In this document: positions 1 to 12,059 of the stretch, piece after piece
How positions within the stretch are numbered: position 1 is the first letter of the stretch
Layout of the letters: every line of letters starts with the position of its first letter
DNA from: Chiloscyllium plagiosum
Lineage: Eukaryota
Assembly (NCBI RefSeq): GCF_004010195.1
Contig: NC_057751.1
Location: 11,398,578-11,462,577, forward strand
Reading direction: 5' to 3'
Length of the DNA stretch: 64,000 nucleotides
Made by a program: the position numbers and the translations under genes
The notes under the pieces: generated by a model
What the model was told of the DNA's origin: nothing
What the model saw: only the letters and a program-made list of their open reading frames with translations
Database searches by the model: none

Positions 1-102
1 TCCCCCCCCCCCACGCTCTTCATCTCCATCTTTCTCGCTCCCACTCCAATATTCCTGCTCTCTTTTCTCCCGATGCTCTTCCTGTCTCTCTATAGCCTTC
101 TC

Positions 103-232
103 GGAGAAAATGAGGACTGCAGATGCTGGAGATCAGAGCTGAAAATGTGTTGCTGGAAAAGCGCAGCAGGTCAGGCAGCATCCAAGGAATAGGAGAATCG
201 ACGTTTCGGGCATGAGCCCTTCTTGAGGAATG
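103..232 (-). mobile_element. Penelope-like element pseudo-LTR fragment (family A)
   Basis: Same ~130-bp unit (ggagaaagtgaggactgcagatgctggagatcagagctgaaaatgtgttgctggaaaagcgcagc...) recurs at 7155, 7701, 26061, 35405 and 48940; at 35405 it follows a GIY-YIG ORF across an assembly gap. Confidence 0.75.
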
Positions 233-1329
233 GCCCTCACCCACAAACCCTCTCTCGTCAAACTCTCTCTCTTTCTCTCCCACCCCTAGCTCTCCCTCTC
301 TCTTCATTCCTCACCATGTTCCTGCTCTCTTTCTCTCCCCATGCCCTTCCTGTCTCCCTCCCTCTCTCTCCCCAAGCTCCTGCCAGCTGTGGCAAACTGA
401 GCAGTGAGAGATCTCTTGATCCCTCTCACCTGGTCTCAGTGAGTAAACGTCTGTTGACGTGAAAACATGAATAAAACACACTTTATCTGCATTTGTCTTG
501 TTACTATTTCACAGTGTAACGTTTTGAGGTGGGATTTTATGATAATAAACTAATGTCAAATGCATCCTGCAAGTGGGAATACGCAAAGTCTCAGATACAA
601 TGGGACATGCCTGCCATCTAGTGACAATCGCCTGTAACTGCAGGATTCTTTTTCTCATTCCACAGACAGGTGCTGTTTGCACATCTCCCCAGCCTGTCCA
701 GTTCGCCCCCAGCATTCTTTCTTTTCAAGATTAATGTAAAAGATTCAATTTTACTGAGACGGTTAGCAGGTCCCCTGCGGAATACTGATTTCAGCATCCA
801 AGGACATCACCAGTGTCTGCAATATTCCCACCACCAAATTCTTGGTGACTTTCTTTTAGCTTTCTTTTAAATAAGTCGTCATCACCATCACGATTGCTGA
901 TGGAGCCAATTGAATACTTACAAGCAAAGCCCATCATAGGCAACACAAACCATTGAAGGTGAGGGGGCGGGCACGTGGTCAGGAGAAATCGCAGGATTCC
1001 ATTTTCCAAATTTTAACCTGTTTTTCTAATCAATCTGTTCAGAGAGATATTATGACACACCTCTGGAGCAAGTGGGGATTAAACTCAGACCTCCTGGTCC
1101 GTGTGTAGGGACTGGACTGCTGTTCCACAAGAGTTTTGATTTGATTTGATTTGATTTATTATCGTCACATGTCCCGAGATACAGTGAAAAGTGTTGTCTT
1201 TGCATGATAACCTGACAAATCGCACCTTACACAGGTACATCAGGGTAACAGAAGTGAATGCAGAAGGCAGTTTCAGCCCGAGGCAAGGTGCAGTGAAAGA
1301 TCAACTCTCACACGCGAGTAGTCTGTCCA

Positions 1330-1480
1330 GAAGTCACACAACACCAGGTTACAGGTTCATTTGAAATCACAAGCTTTCGGAGCCGAAATCAACTTGATGA
1401 AGGAGCAGCGCTCCAAAAGCTTGTGATTTCAAAGAAACCTGTTGGACTATCACCCTGGTGTGATGTGATTTTTAACTTTT
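1330..1480. mobile_element. Palindromic Penelope-like pLTR (family B), degenerate
   Basis: Inverted arms cacacaacaccagg...aagctttcggagc / gctccaaaagcttg...cctggtgtgatgtg; related to 25901-26312 and 43181-43377. Confidence 0.6.
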
Positions 1481-1695
1481 TCACACAAAGGGTGGTGTGT
1501 GTATGGAATGAGCTGCCAGAGGAAGTGGTGGAGGCTGGTACAATTGCAACATTTAAAAGGCATCTGGATGGGTACATGAAGAGGAAGGTGCATTAGTCAG
1601 GGCGAAATGGGTCTGGGTGGGTTACTCTTTGGAGGGTCAGTGTGGGCTTGTTGGGCTGAAGGGTCTGTTTCCACACTGTTAGGAATCTAATCTAA
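1474..1695 (+). mobile_element. CR1/HER1-type LINE 3' fragment
   Basis: Encodes FTQRVVCVWNELPEEVVEAGTIATFKRHLDG, the CR1 ORF2 C-terminus, and ends in a (aatct)n-like tail. Confidence 0.8.
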
Positions 1696-2095
1696 CACTT
1701 TTCTGTCTAAGATTTGTGACCGTATAACACATTGGAAACAACAGGGATCATCACAAAAGCTTCCTTTTGCCGCTCAGACAGAGCTGCTGCTTTCTCTCTG
1801 GCAAAGCCAGCATCTGGAGAACTGGGAGGAGCTCACCCAGTTATAAATCTGAGAGGGAGTTCTCCACAGCCCTTCCTGCCATACTGGTGGAGTCACTACA
1901 TAGTTGAGCCTGGAACTGACAAAGGAAAATAGATCTCAGCCTGCTGAGCCTGAGGGGATTTCTCCTCTCTCCTCGCCTTGTGAGCTGCAACAGAGAAAGC
2001 CAAAATGTGACAACACATCCTTTTCCCGTCAGTAGAATTCCAAAAGTCAGGAGGGAGGGAGGTGGGAAAACTCCTCCCTCTCTTCCTCTTCCCAG

Positions 2096-2200
2096 GAGCT
2101 CATTAATTCAAGAGTCAGCTTGCTCTGTCTTCCACGTTGAAGGAGAGTCGTATTGTTGCCCCACTGTCTTCGGAGGAGTGTCCCAGCCCAATGAGCAAAG
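2096..2200 (+). CDS. Candidate internal coding exon, phase 2-2, 105 nt: (R)SSLIQESACSVFHVEGESYCCPTVFGGVSQPNEQ(R/S); possibly from a long TACC-family isoform
   Basis: Acceptor ctcctccctctcttcctcttcccag|G and donor AAG|GTAAGC; length is a multiple of 3; only the phase-2 frame is stop-free, matching the donor phase at 20862. Confidence 0.6.
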
Positions 2201-3489
2201 GTAAGCAGAGTGGTGCTGCCCTTCCTGTTTCAGTCCTGAGCCACAGTGGCCTAACCTTGCTGGTCTCTCTGGACAGGTTTGACAGCATTTAGAAAGAGCG
2301 AGGTCAGGGCTGACTCCAGCCAGGGAAGCTGCCAGTGCTCAGCTGGAGAGTTCTGGCTCAGAAATGAGTCGGCCGCCTCCCGTTGTGATTTCCCTGAAAG
2401 TCCCCACACAGAATGTGAAAGCTATTTCCTCAGGAATTGCCTCACCGATGTTTGTTCCAGTGGCCTTGCATCAGCCTGCTCCCACAAACCCCGTGCAGGT
2501 CACAGGCCTTGCTGATTTCTGTTTCTTTTTAAACACACATTCCATGTTTGGCAATTGCAGATTCAGATTGGCAGGTGCCAGAATTCCGTTTATTGTTTGA
2601 GTGGGTTTACGTATTCCTGACCTCTGCTGTTCTGTACTTGGGTGCAGCAGTGAGTGACTGCACTTTGGAAGCGTTCAGTCAGCTTAAATGCTGTGGAAAG
2701 CACCCTGGGATGCCCTGAGGCTGTGAAAAGCACTACACAAATGCAAGTCTTTGTTGTTATCACTGTTGTCCTCTGATGTGTGAACTGCACTGGGTGAGAA
2801 AGGGAACCTTTGCAAAGATGTGATATGGGGAGAAAGTGGGAGAATGGGGTTGAGAAACTGAACAGCCATGATGGAATGGCAGGGTGGAGTCGATGGGCTG
2901 AATGGCCTAATTCCTGCTGCCTGTGGTCTTATGCTGAACTTCAGCAGCAGTGAACTTGTCTCTTGCTTTAGCAGCTTGTTACTTTGGCTGCATGTGACAT
3001 TCTGTGTGCATTGTAATCTCATTACCTCGAGGGTCAGTCCTGCCCATTGCCACTTTACGCTTATAAAGTAAAGATAAATGTTGCAAAGATAGTGAGACAG
3101 ACCAACTAACTCTACAATCACAGCTTCATTATTCCTGGCCGTATTGGGTCATTGATGATGCAGTGAGAAGGATGTTCTTTCCTGCAGAGGGACGTTCTCG
3201 CCTTGTATGTGGTTAGACTCCTCTATGTGAGAACGTAAAGAGGATATTTGATGCAATGTCAATAAACACTTGCAGTATTCATCACCCCAGCTCCCAGGTT
3301 CAACCATAGTATAGATTATGAATACATTTTTCTTGTTGGACTGCTGGGTATACAGTTATCTTTGGAACAGAAGAGCCGAAAAAGTAGGAGACAAAATGAA
3401 CTGTCCAGCTCCTTGACCTGCTTCACCGTTCAATAAGTCCATCTATCCCATTGTCCTGTCCTTTTCCCCATGACTCTCAATTCCATTGT

Positions 3490-3900
3490 TATAGAGTCAT
3501 GGAGATGTACAACATGGAAACAAACCATCCATGCCAACCAGATATCCTGAAATAATTTAGTCCCACCTGCCACCACCCGGCCCTCTAAGCCCTTCCTATT
3601 CAAAAACAATTATACCAGTCTCCACCACTTCCTCTGGCAGCTCATTCCATACACACACCACCCTCTGCGTGAAAAAGTTGCCCCTTAGATCCCTATTAAA
3701 TGTTTTCCCTCCCACCTTAAACTTATGCCCCCCTAGTTTTAGACTCCCTTACTGTGGGAAAAAGACATTCGTTATTCACCCTATCCATGCCCCTCATGAT
3801 TTTATAATTCTCAATGGGGTCACCCCTCAGCCTCCGGCGCTCCAGGGAAAACAGCCCCAGCCTGTTAAGACTCTCCCTATAGCTCAAACCCTCCAACCCA
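3490..3900 (-). mobile_element. CR1 LINE 3' fragment
   Basis: Reverse complement of the CR1 C-terminus and 3' UTR seen at 33700-34095. Confidence 0.75.
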
Positions 3901-4404
3901 TCACTCTTTAGTGTTGAATCAACTCAACAGCTGAGAATTCACAACCTGCCACATTGTGGAATCATTTCTGAGGCAGGAGAGCAGCAGGAGAGAGTCAGTG
4001 AGCCCTCTACAAGGACACCTGAGACTGAGCTTGGTTGCATGGGTGGTAGGGCCAGCATTCTCTATACTACAGCATGAGACAGGTGCAGTCACGGAGAGGT
4101 GTCAGCTGACAGTCAAAACAAGTCTGTCACTCTCTCTCTTCTCAACATATTCCCCTGCTGGGGAGTCTGCAACAAAAGGCCAGCAGGATGAGACAGCTAC
4201 TAACAGATGGGGTGAAGAATGAAGGAAGAATTTCCTGACACAGGTACCGACGTGATGATGGAACTTGCTGCCATGTCTGACCACAGTGATTCCTTTAAGA
4301 TGAAACATCAGAGTGCATGAGGGAGAAGGGGACAGACAGATACAGGGCAGGGTGAGTGTGGACATGTAAGAAGGTGAGACTCAATGAAGTTTCGAGGGAT
4401 GGGG

Positions 4405-4785
4405 GGATCTAATTTGAAATTTAAAGAATACTGAATGGCCTGGACAGAGTGGATGTTGCAAAGATGTTTGCATTGGCTGGAGACACTAGGACCCGAGGGC
4501 GCAACCTTAGAGTAAAGGGAAGAACGGAGATAAGGAGAAACTTCTTCAACCAGAGAGTGATGAATCTATGGAATTCACTGCTACAGAAGGCTGTGGAGGC
4601 CAGGTCACTGAGTATATTTAAGACAGAGATAGATACGTTCTTGATTGTAAAAGGGATCAAGGGTCACAAGGAGAAAGTGGGAAAATGAGGATGAGAAACT
4701 TATCAGCCCTGATTCAATGGTGGAGCAAACTCGATGGGCTGAATGGCCTAATTTCTGTTCCAATATCTTCTGGTCTTATGGTCTT
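4405..4785 (+). mobile_element. CR1 LINE 3' fragment
   Basis: ORF 4449-4688 TRTRGRNLRVKGRTEIRRNFFNQRVMNLWNSL; (tcttatgg)n-like tail. Confidence 0.8.
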
Positions 4786-5339
4786 AAGAGCTGTTGATGG
4801 AACAATTTGGTTGACAATGGGATGTTTCACCTTTTTGTTAGAGTGTAGTGGATCTGATTGTCACATGACTGCAGTCCAGGACAATTGCACCAAAGACCTT
4901 GTGTTGACAGCCAGTTCATTTGCCCAGTTAAGAGTTCTACATAGGTTTTGAATATTCCCTACAGGAGACCTCCTCTCTCTTTCTCTCACCTTGCATCATT
5001 GTTACGTCACCAGCTCTGAGACTCTGGATTTTAAGCCATGTCGTACTCCTGACAAAGTCAAAGAAGCAGTAAACATCCAACAAGTGCAAAGGAAACCTGC
5101 CATGTAAAATGCTGTCTTGTTATCAGTGCCTACAAATCACACATTATACCCCTCCCCTCCACCCTGAGCTGACTGGAGTATAAACATAGAAGCATAGAGA
5201 AAAGGAGCAAGGGGAGACCATTCGCTCCTTTAAGCCTGGCCCACCATTCAATATGACTGTGGCTAATCATCCATCTCTCACCCCACTTTTTCCCTATACC
5301 CACTGATCCCCTTAGTCCAAAGGACTACATCTAGTCGCT

Positions 5340-6660
5340 GAGAACTTGGAAGTGCATTGTAACATAGGACTGAGTCAACATGGCTTTGTCAAGGGGAGGT
5401 CACGTCTGACAAACCTGTTCGAATTCTTTGAGGAGGTAATCAGCTGGTTAGACAAAGTAGAGCCAGTGGATGTGATCTAATTGGATTTGGCAGAAGATCT
5501 TTGACAAAGTACCATGTATGAGATTGCTAAATAAGATGAGGCGCTGTGGTGTTTGGGGCAAGGGACTGGCATGGATAGAGGATTGGCTGACTGAAAGAAG
5601 GCTGAGAATGGGGACAAAGAGTTTTTTTCAGGATGGCAGCCAGTGACCAGTGGAGATCCACAGGGATCAGTGTTGGCACCACAATTATTCATAATTACAC
5701 ATTAATAATCTGGATGAAGGAACTGAGGGCATTGTTGCTAAGTTTACAGATGGCACAAAGATAGCTAGGAGACAGGTGGCACTGAGGAAGCAGGGAGGCT
5801 GCACAAGAACTTGGACAGGCTAGGAGAGGGGGCAAAGCCGTGGCAGATGGATTACAACGTTGGAAAGTATGAGGTTAGGCACTTTGGTAGGAAGAATAGA
5901 GGCATCGGGGAAAGGCTTCAGAAGTGTGAAGTATGAAGGGACTTAGAAGTCTTAGTCTTAATTCAGGATTCTTTGAAGGTTAACTTGCAGGTTCAGTGGC
6001 AGTTAAGGAGGCAAATGCAATGTTAGCATTCATTTTGAAAAGGTGAGACTACAAGAGCAGAGATCGCCTGCTGAAGCTGTATAAAGGTCTGGTCAGTCTG
6101 TGTTTGGAATATTTTGAGCAGTTGTCAGCCTCGTATCAAAGGAAGAACATGCTGACATTGGAGGGGATCTGAGCAGGTATACAAGAATGATCCTGGGTTG
6201 AAGACTCTGGGTCTGTACTCAATGGAGTTTAGAAGGGGGGGGGGGGGGGGGGGGGAGTGGAATCTGATTGAAACGTACAGGATCCAGAGAGGCCTGGATG
6301 AAGTGGATGCGGAGAAGATGTTTCCTCCAAGATGGAAGAATCGGATCCAAGGGCAGAGTGAAGGGAGGATCCTGTAGGACTGAGATGAGGAGGAATTTCT
6401 TCAGCCAGAGGGTGGGGAATCTGTGGGACTCATTGCTGCAGAGGGCTGTGCAGACCAAGACCAAAGTCATGGAGTATATTTCAGACGGAGATCGGTCGGT
6501 TCTCGATGAGTGAGGGGTTCAAAGGTTACGGGGAGAAGGCAGGAGGATGGTCGGCGGGTCGGTGTGGACTTGTTGGGCCGAAGGGCCTGTTTCCACACTG
6601 TAAGTAATCTAAATGGCCAAATAGACTTGATGGGCTGAATGGCCATCTTATGGTCTTGTC
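5340..6660 (+). mobile_element. CR1 LINE ORF2 RT to 3' end, degenerate
   Basis: Motif remnants QHGFVKGRS, GDPQGSVLAPQLF, AKFTDGTK, RRNFFSQRVGNLW with stops and frameshifts. Confidence 0.85.
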
Positions 6661-7154
6661 ATAGCTGGTCGAATTGTGGCTCCACCTCCACAAGCCTACC
6701 AATGTCCCCGAGCTATTGACTCCCTTGTCAGTGAAGAATCTGTATACCTGCAGTTTGGAAGTATTCAATGAACCCACCTCCACAGCTTTCTTGGGAAGAG
6801 ATTTCCAATGACTCACAATCTCCAGAGTGAAAGATTTCTCCCTCATCACTCACCTAAATGGGAAAGCCTTTATTTTAAACTGTGCCCCTAGTTTTAGTTT
6901 TTATCAGAAGGAGAACCATCCTTTATCATGTTCTCTCTGAATCTGAGATGTTTCAACAAAGTTATCTTTTATTCTTCTAAGCTGCAATGACACAGTCTCA
7001 TTGGGGATGTGCGGCCAAACTGAGGCTACATCACTCCACGTGGTACCTTTACTGTCTCTTTAAGTCAAGTGATTTCCACTGTGGCCAAGGAAAACCACTT
7101 CCTGGTCGAACTGGAAGAGGCTGCTGTATTGAATAAGAGTTCATTCATTGTATG

Positions 7155-7359
7155 GGAAAGTGAGGACAGCAGGTGCTGGAGATCAGAGCTGAAAAATGTG
7201 TTGCTGGAAAAGCGCAGCAGGTCAGGCAGCATCCAAGGAGCAGGAGAATTGATGTTTCGGGCATGATTCCTGAAGAAGGGCTTATGCCCGAAACGTCGAT
7301 TCTCCTGCTCCTTGAATGCTGCCTGACCTGCTGCACTTTTCCAGCAACACATTTTTCAG
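7155..7359. mobile_element. Head-to-head palindromic Penelope pLTR (family A) with 15-bp TSD
   Basis: Inverted arms about 7187-7264 and 7283-7359; flanks ttcattcattgtatg (7140-7154) and ttcgttcattgtatg (7360-7374). Confidence 0.8.
7265..7302 (+). ncRNA. Minimal type I hammerhead ribozyme motif (family A)
   Basis: gauuc-CUGAAGA-a-GGGC uuau GCCC-GAAAC-GUC^gauuc; intact core, stem II, palindromic ACGU in place of stem III. Confidence 0.65.
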
Positions 7360-7479
7360 TTCGTTCATTGTATGTTCACAACTTGTCCCTGGTCATTTTG
7401 ATATGTAAACCATTGCTACAAGTGCTTTGAGGAGGACCTGGATGTTAGGTCTTACTGCTGTGTGATCCTCAGCTGTTTT

Positions 7480-7683
7480 CTATCCACATCTTCAGACATC
7501 ATTGTCATGTTTTGTGCTTATGGCATGCCTCAGTATTAATCCTTTCAGACCCTTTCTGGCGCTGTGAGGCAGCAGTGCTAACCACTGTGCCACCATGCCG
7601 CCCAACATCTATCCACATCTTCAGACATCATTGTCATGTTTTGTGCTTATGGCATGCCTCAGTATTAATCCTTTCAGACCCTT
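7480..7683. repeat. Perfect 75-bp direct duplication (7480-7554 / 7609-7683) around an HE1 SINE head
   Basis: Identical copies read directly; 7555-7603 is the reverse complement of gggcggcatggtggcacagtggttagcactgctgcctcacagcgccaga. Confidence 0.9.
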
Positions 7684-7700
7684 GCACCTTTCAACAACAG

Positions 7701-7830
7701 CGCTGAAAATGTGTTGCTGGAAAAGCGCAGCAGGTCAGGCAGCATCCAAGGAGCAGGAGAATCGACGTTTCGGGCATGAGCCCTTCTTCAGGAATGAGGA
7801 AAGTGTGTCCAGCAGGCTAAGATAAAAGAT
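7701..7830 (-). mobile_element. Penelope pLTR family A with intact hammerhead motif at 7760-7795 (-)
   Basis: Reverse complement reads auuc CUGAAGA a GGGC ucau GCCC GAAAC GUC gauu. Confidence 0.75.
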
Positions 7831-9154
7831 AGATACATGAGAGAGGAAGCATCAGCAGCTGATAATGCTGGCAGCACATAAAGAATAAAGGGTGGGGGGA
7901 TGCTTGTGCTGAATCCAAATACCAACATGTGACAGTTGGGCTGAATGGCCTGTTTCCGTGTCATAAATTCCATGTGCCTTGGAGTGTTCAAATATTTGAG
8001 TCAGATGCGAAAGGAAAATTTTGGTGGGCTGCAGTTTCTGCTTCACTCGCCAAATTTCCTGTGCACACCAACCAGCACATTAATGCTGTTTGAGTGTGGG
8101 GCCCTGTCCAGATGTGTCACTCTGCAACAGGATATAAGAAGCTGTCTCAAATTGCAGGGAGACCTGGTCAGCAGCAGAAAGTTGTGTCACCCTCACTCGG
8201 GTGTTCAGTGTCTGAACAAGCCTGTTATTGCTGGTGCAGTACAACATTCAGGTTTTGATCACATAGAATTCCAGACACAAGTTCCAAAAGACCTTCTGTT
8301 TTCTTGTTAATTATGAGTAGTCTCTTGGCATCGGACAGGTACCAGGAACAACCTGGGGAACAAGCTGGTGGCTGCAGGAGTGACTCGGTAATTTTCCATC
8401 TGGAGGGAATAGCATTTGCTGACATCTTTTGGATCAAGAGAAAAGAAAGTCCACAAACCAGTACCACACCCTGTTAGTTCATTACTTGAGTTAATTGAAA
8501 TATTCTGAAGCACGTCCGTGACCTTAATGTATGGCACAGTCACTCATTTTCTTTCATTCTGCACAGGCCATTGAACAAAACTGAATCTTTCTCTTCAAAC
8601 TCATTGTGGTCATCCTCATTGTCCCCCTCAGTACCTTGATTACAACTGGAACAGTGCACTGAACCTGGCGCTAACTAAATCATGCTGATTGTTTTATAAT
8701 GCCACAAACAGGAAAAGATTTCCTGCCTTCACATTTTTGGCTTTTAGATTTTGCTTTGGTTTGAGAAACTCCAATGTCTGGATTACTTTCCTGAACTTGT
8801 AGCCTCACAGAGGAATAGACTGTGTCTCAGTCTCCTTCAATTGAATAGGTTTGGAAGGATCAGGGAATCAAAATTTTCAGCTCTTCGACAGCAGGTCCAG
8901 TTCAGAGATAGGATACAATGTGTTGAAATTTGCAGAGTAACCTTGGGTTTTGGGACAAACATCAATTCATACATCGATCAAAGATTCACTGAATTCTGGA
9001 AGTACTGCTCATTGTACCAGGGGAAAAAAGGCACTGCAGAGATCTTTAGGATGAGCTTTGGCTCAGGGATGGATGGGAGAGAAACTTTATCGATTTATCT
9101 TTCCCCAGTTGATCTGGTTTTTGTCCTTTATTATTTGCCTCTCCCAGCTCCCAG

Positions 9155-9490
9155 GTGGAAAGGACGATGGATGAAGACTCGCCATCTGAGGTAGTTTGGG
9201 CTGAGGTTAGGAATAGGAAAGGTGAGGTCACCCTGTTAGGAGTTTTCTACAGGCCTCCTAATAGTCCTAGAGATGTAGAAGAAAGGATTGCGAGGATGAT
9301 TCAGGAGAAGAGTGAAAGTAATAGGGTGGTTGTTATGGGGGACTTTAACTTTCCAGATATTGACTGGGAAAGCTATAGCTCGAGTTCGTTAGATGGGTCG
9401 GTGTTTGTCCAATGTGTGAAGGAGGGTTTCCTGACACAATATGTAGACAAGCCAACAAGAGGTGAGGCCATACTGGATTTCGTTCTGGGC
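9155..9490 (+). mobile_element. CR1 ORF2 APE endonuclease fragment
   Basis: SEVVWAEVRN...LGVFYRPPNS...VVVMGDFNFPDIDW...PTRGEAILD. Confidence 0.9.
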
Positions 9491-9990
9491 TGGCATGGAC
9501 TACAACAACTGGATCCTCCCCCTCCCTCTCCAATCTTTTTTCAAGCTGGTCAGAGACATTCCTTACCCTGGCAGCGGGCAAGCGACACACCATGCAGGAC
9601 TCTCGATCCTGCTTACAAAGGATACTATCTATCCCCCTAATTATAGAATCCCTTACAACTACCACTTGTCTTTTTGCTCCTGCTTCTTAAATGGCCTCCC
9701 GTCCCATGGTGCAGTGGTCAATTGATTCATTCTCCCTGCAGCCCTTTTCCTCATTCACACAGGGAGCAAATACCTCGTACCTGTTGGACAAGGTCAAGAG
9801 CTGAGGCTCCTCTGTTCCTGAATGCAGAATCCCTCGACCTGCCTCACTTGCAGTGACACCCTACTTACCAAATTTGAAATAATTAATCTACCAGATGCGA
9901 CTGTATCCTGAAACAAAGCTTCCAGGGAACTCTCCTCCTCCCAGATGTGCCACAGTGTTTGAAGCCCATCTCATCAATTCAGAGCCGGAC
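9490..9990 (-). mobile_element. CR1 ORF1 (SGNH esterase-like) fragment
   Basis: VVVRDSIIRGIDSILCKQDRESCMVCRLPAARVRNVS...DPVVVVH matches the CR1 ORF1 GDS motif region. Confidence 0.75.
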
Positions 9991-10125
9991 TTCTTCCAGC
10001 AAGCAACACTAAGAGACATTATGACCACAACCTTTAATTATTCAGTGTGTTACCATCATTGAATCCGCCACTCTCAATATCCTGGAGGTTACCATTGACC
10101 AGCAACTCATCTGGACGCACCACCT

Positions 10126-10478
10126 GGGGTGGCACGGTAGCTCAGTGCTTAGCACTGCTGCCTCACAGCACAGGGGGCTTGGGTTCATTTCCAGCTTTGG
10201 GCAAATGTCTATGTGGAGTTTGTACATTCTCCCATGTCTGCAAGGGTTTCCTCCAGGTGCTGTGGTTTCCTTTCTCTGTCCAAAGATGTGCAGGTTAGAT
10301 GGATTAGCCATTAGCCATGCTAAATTGTCCATTGTCTGGGGATGTGTAGGTTTGGCGATTAGCCGTGGGGGTTGCAGGGACAAGGTAGGGAGATGTTTTT
10401 TGGTGGGATGCTCTTCGGGGGATGGTGTTGGACATGTTGGGCTAAAGGGCCTCTTTCCAAATAGTAGGGATTCTATAT
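10126..10478 (+). mobile_element. HE1-type tRNA-derived SINE inserted into an older LINE 3' remnant (about 10040-11062)
   Basis: Head ggggtggcacggtagctcagtgcttagcactgctgcctcacagc, body tgtggagtttgtacattctccc, CR1-like tail. Confidence 0.85.
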
Positions 10479-11544
10479 AAACACAGTGACTGCACGAGTA
10501 GCTCAGAGGCTCGGAATACTGCATTGAATAAATCAACTCTTGACTCCCTAAACCCTGTCCATGATCTACATGGCACAGGTGTGATGGAGTACTCCCCACT
10601 TTACTGTAAAAGTACAGCTCCAGTAGCACTCAAAAAGCTTCACATCATCCAGGACAAAGCAGCACACTTGATTGGCACTGCACCCACTTTGTTCACCATC
10701 GACATTTAGTAGTGATAGTGTGTATATCTACAAAATACACTGCAGAAATTCATGAAAGATCCTTAGCCCCTTCCAAATCCAGAGCCACTTCCATCTAGAA
10801 GGACCAGGACAGCAGATACATCAGAACACCACCACCTGCAAGTGTCTCCAAGCCAGTCACCATCCTGATTTAGAAATGTGTCATTCTTCTTTACTGTCAC
10901 TGGGTCAAAATCCTGGAATTCCCTCCCTAATAGCATTGTGGGTCTCCTTACTGTCCATGGGCTGCAATGGCTCAGAAAGGCAGCTGACTCCCACCTTCTC
11001 ACAGGGCAACAATGGACAGGCAATAAATGCCAGCTAGCCAGCAACACCCATGTTCCATGAGTGAATCAATCTAAAAACGTTCTAGTTATTCAAAACTTGA
11101 GGTAATTTTCCTTCACTACCAGATCTGCATGTTTCATTTAACTGTTCCAGTCTCATAAGCTGCGATGCTTTTTTTCCCACGAGCACTCACGCTACCAAGA
11201 TTTTCTCAGTCTTCCATTAAAAGTTTTTGCAGATTTACAATGAAATATCTCTCGTCTGGATGTTTTCATAAACAACAACCTTTACATTGAGGAAACCTAT
11301 TCCCTTAACCGTCTTCAACAATCTCTGTTTCTAGGAGAATGTATTAAGACTATAAGAAATAGAGCCAGGAGCATACCTTCCAGCCACTCGAGCCTGCTGG
11401 TCCAACATTCCTTGATACGTGGCTGATCCAACAGTCCTCATTCCACTTCCTTGCCCCTTTCCCTGTAGCGCTTGATTCTCCAACTGATCAAGAATCTATC
11501 TCAGTTTAAACATACACAAGAACTCTGTCTCTACAGCACTCTGT

Positions 11545-12028
11545 GGCAAGGAGTGGGCATAGCTTTAAATTAAGGGGTGGTAGGTTTTGGACAGATGTTA
11601 GGGGTAGATTCTTTACTCAGCGAGTCGTGAGTTCATGGAATGCCCTGCCAGTAGCAGTGGTGGACTCTCCCACTTTATGGGCAATTAAACGGGCATTGGA
11701 TAGGCATATGGAGGATAGTGGGCTAGTGTAGGTTAGGTGGGCTTGGATTGGCGCAACATCGAGGGCCAAAGGGCCTGTACTATGCTGTATTTTTCTATGT
11801 TTCTATGTTTCTTTCACAGTGCAAGCGAGTCGTGAGTTCATGGAATGCCCTGCCAGTAGCAGTGGTGGACTCTCCCACTTTATGGGCAATTAAACGGGCA
11901 TTGGATAGGCATATGGAGGATAGTGGGCTAGTGTAGGTTAGGTGGGCTTGGATTGGCGCAACATCGAGGGCCAAAGGGCCTGTACTATGCTGTATTTTTC
12001 TATGTTTCTATGTTTCTTTCACAGTGCA
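11545..12028 (+). mobile_element. CR1 3' end with a perfect 205-bp tandem duplication
   Basis: RSGHSFKLRGGRFWTDVRGRFFTQRVVSSWNALP; 11619-11823 is identical to 11824-12028. Confidence 0.85.
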
Positions 12029-12059
12029 AATACATATTTGTTTATAACAGCAGAAGATA

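Noticed and set aside
6234..6255. Poly-G run as a functional G-quadruplex
   Set aside because: It lies inside a decayed CR1; homopolymer expansion or sequencing error is simpler
8751..9194. 147-aa ORF in non-repeat DNA
   Set aside because: TTG start, no recognisable motif, runs into a CR1 fragment, no compatible splice pair
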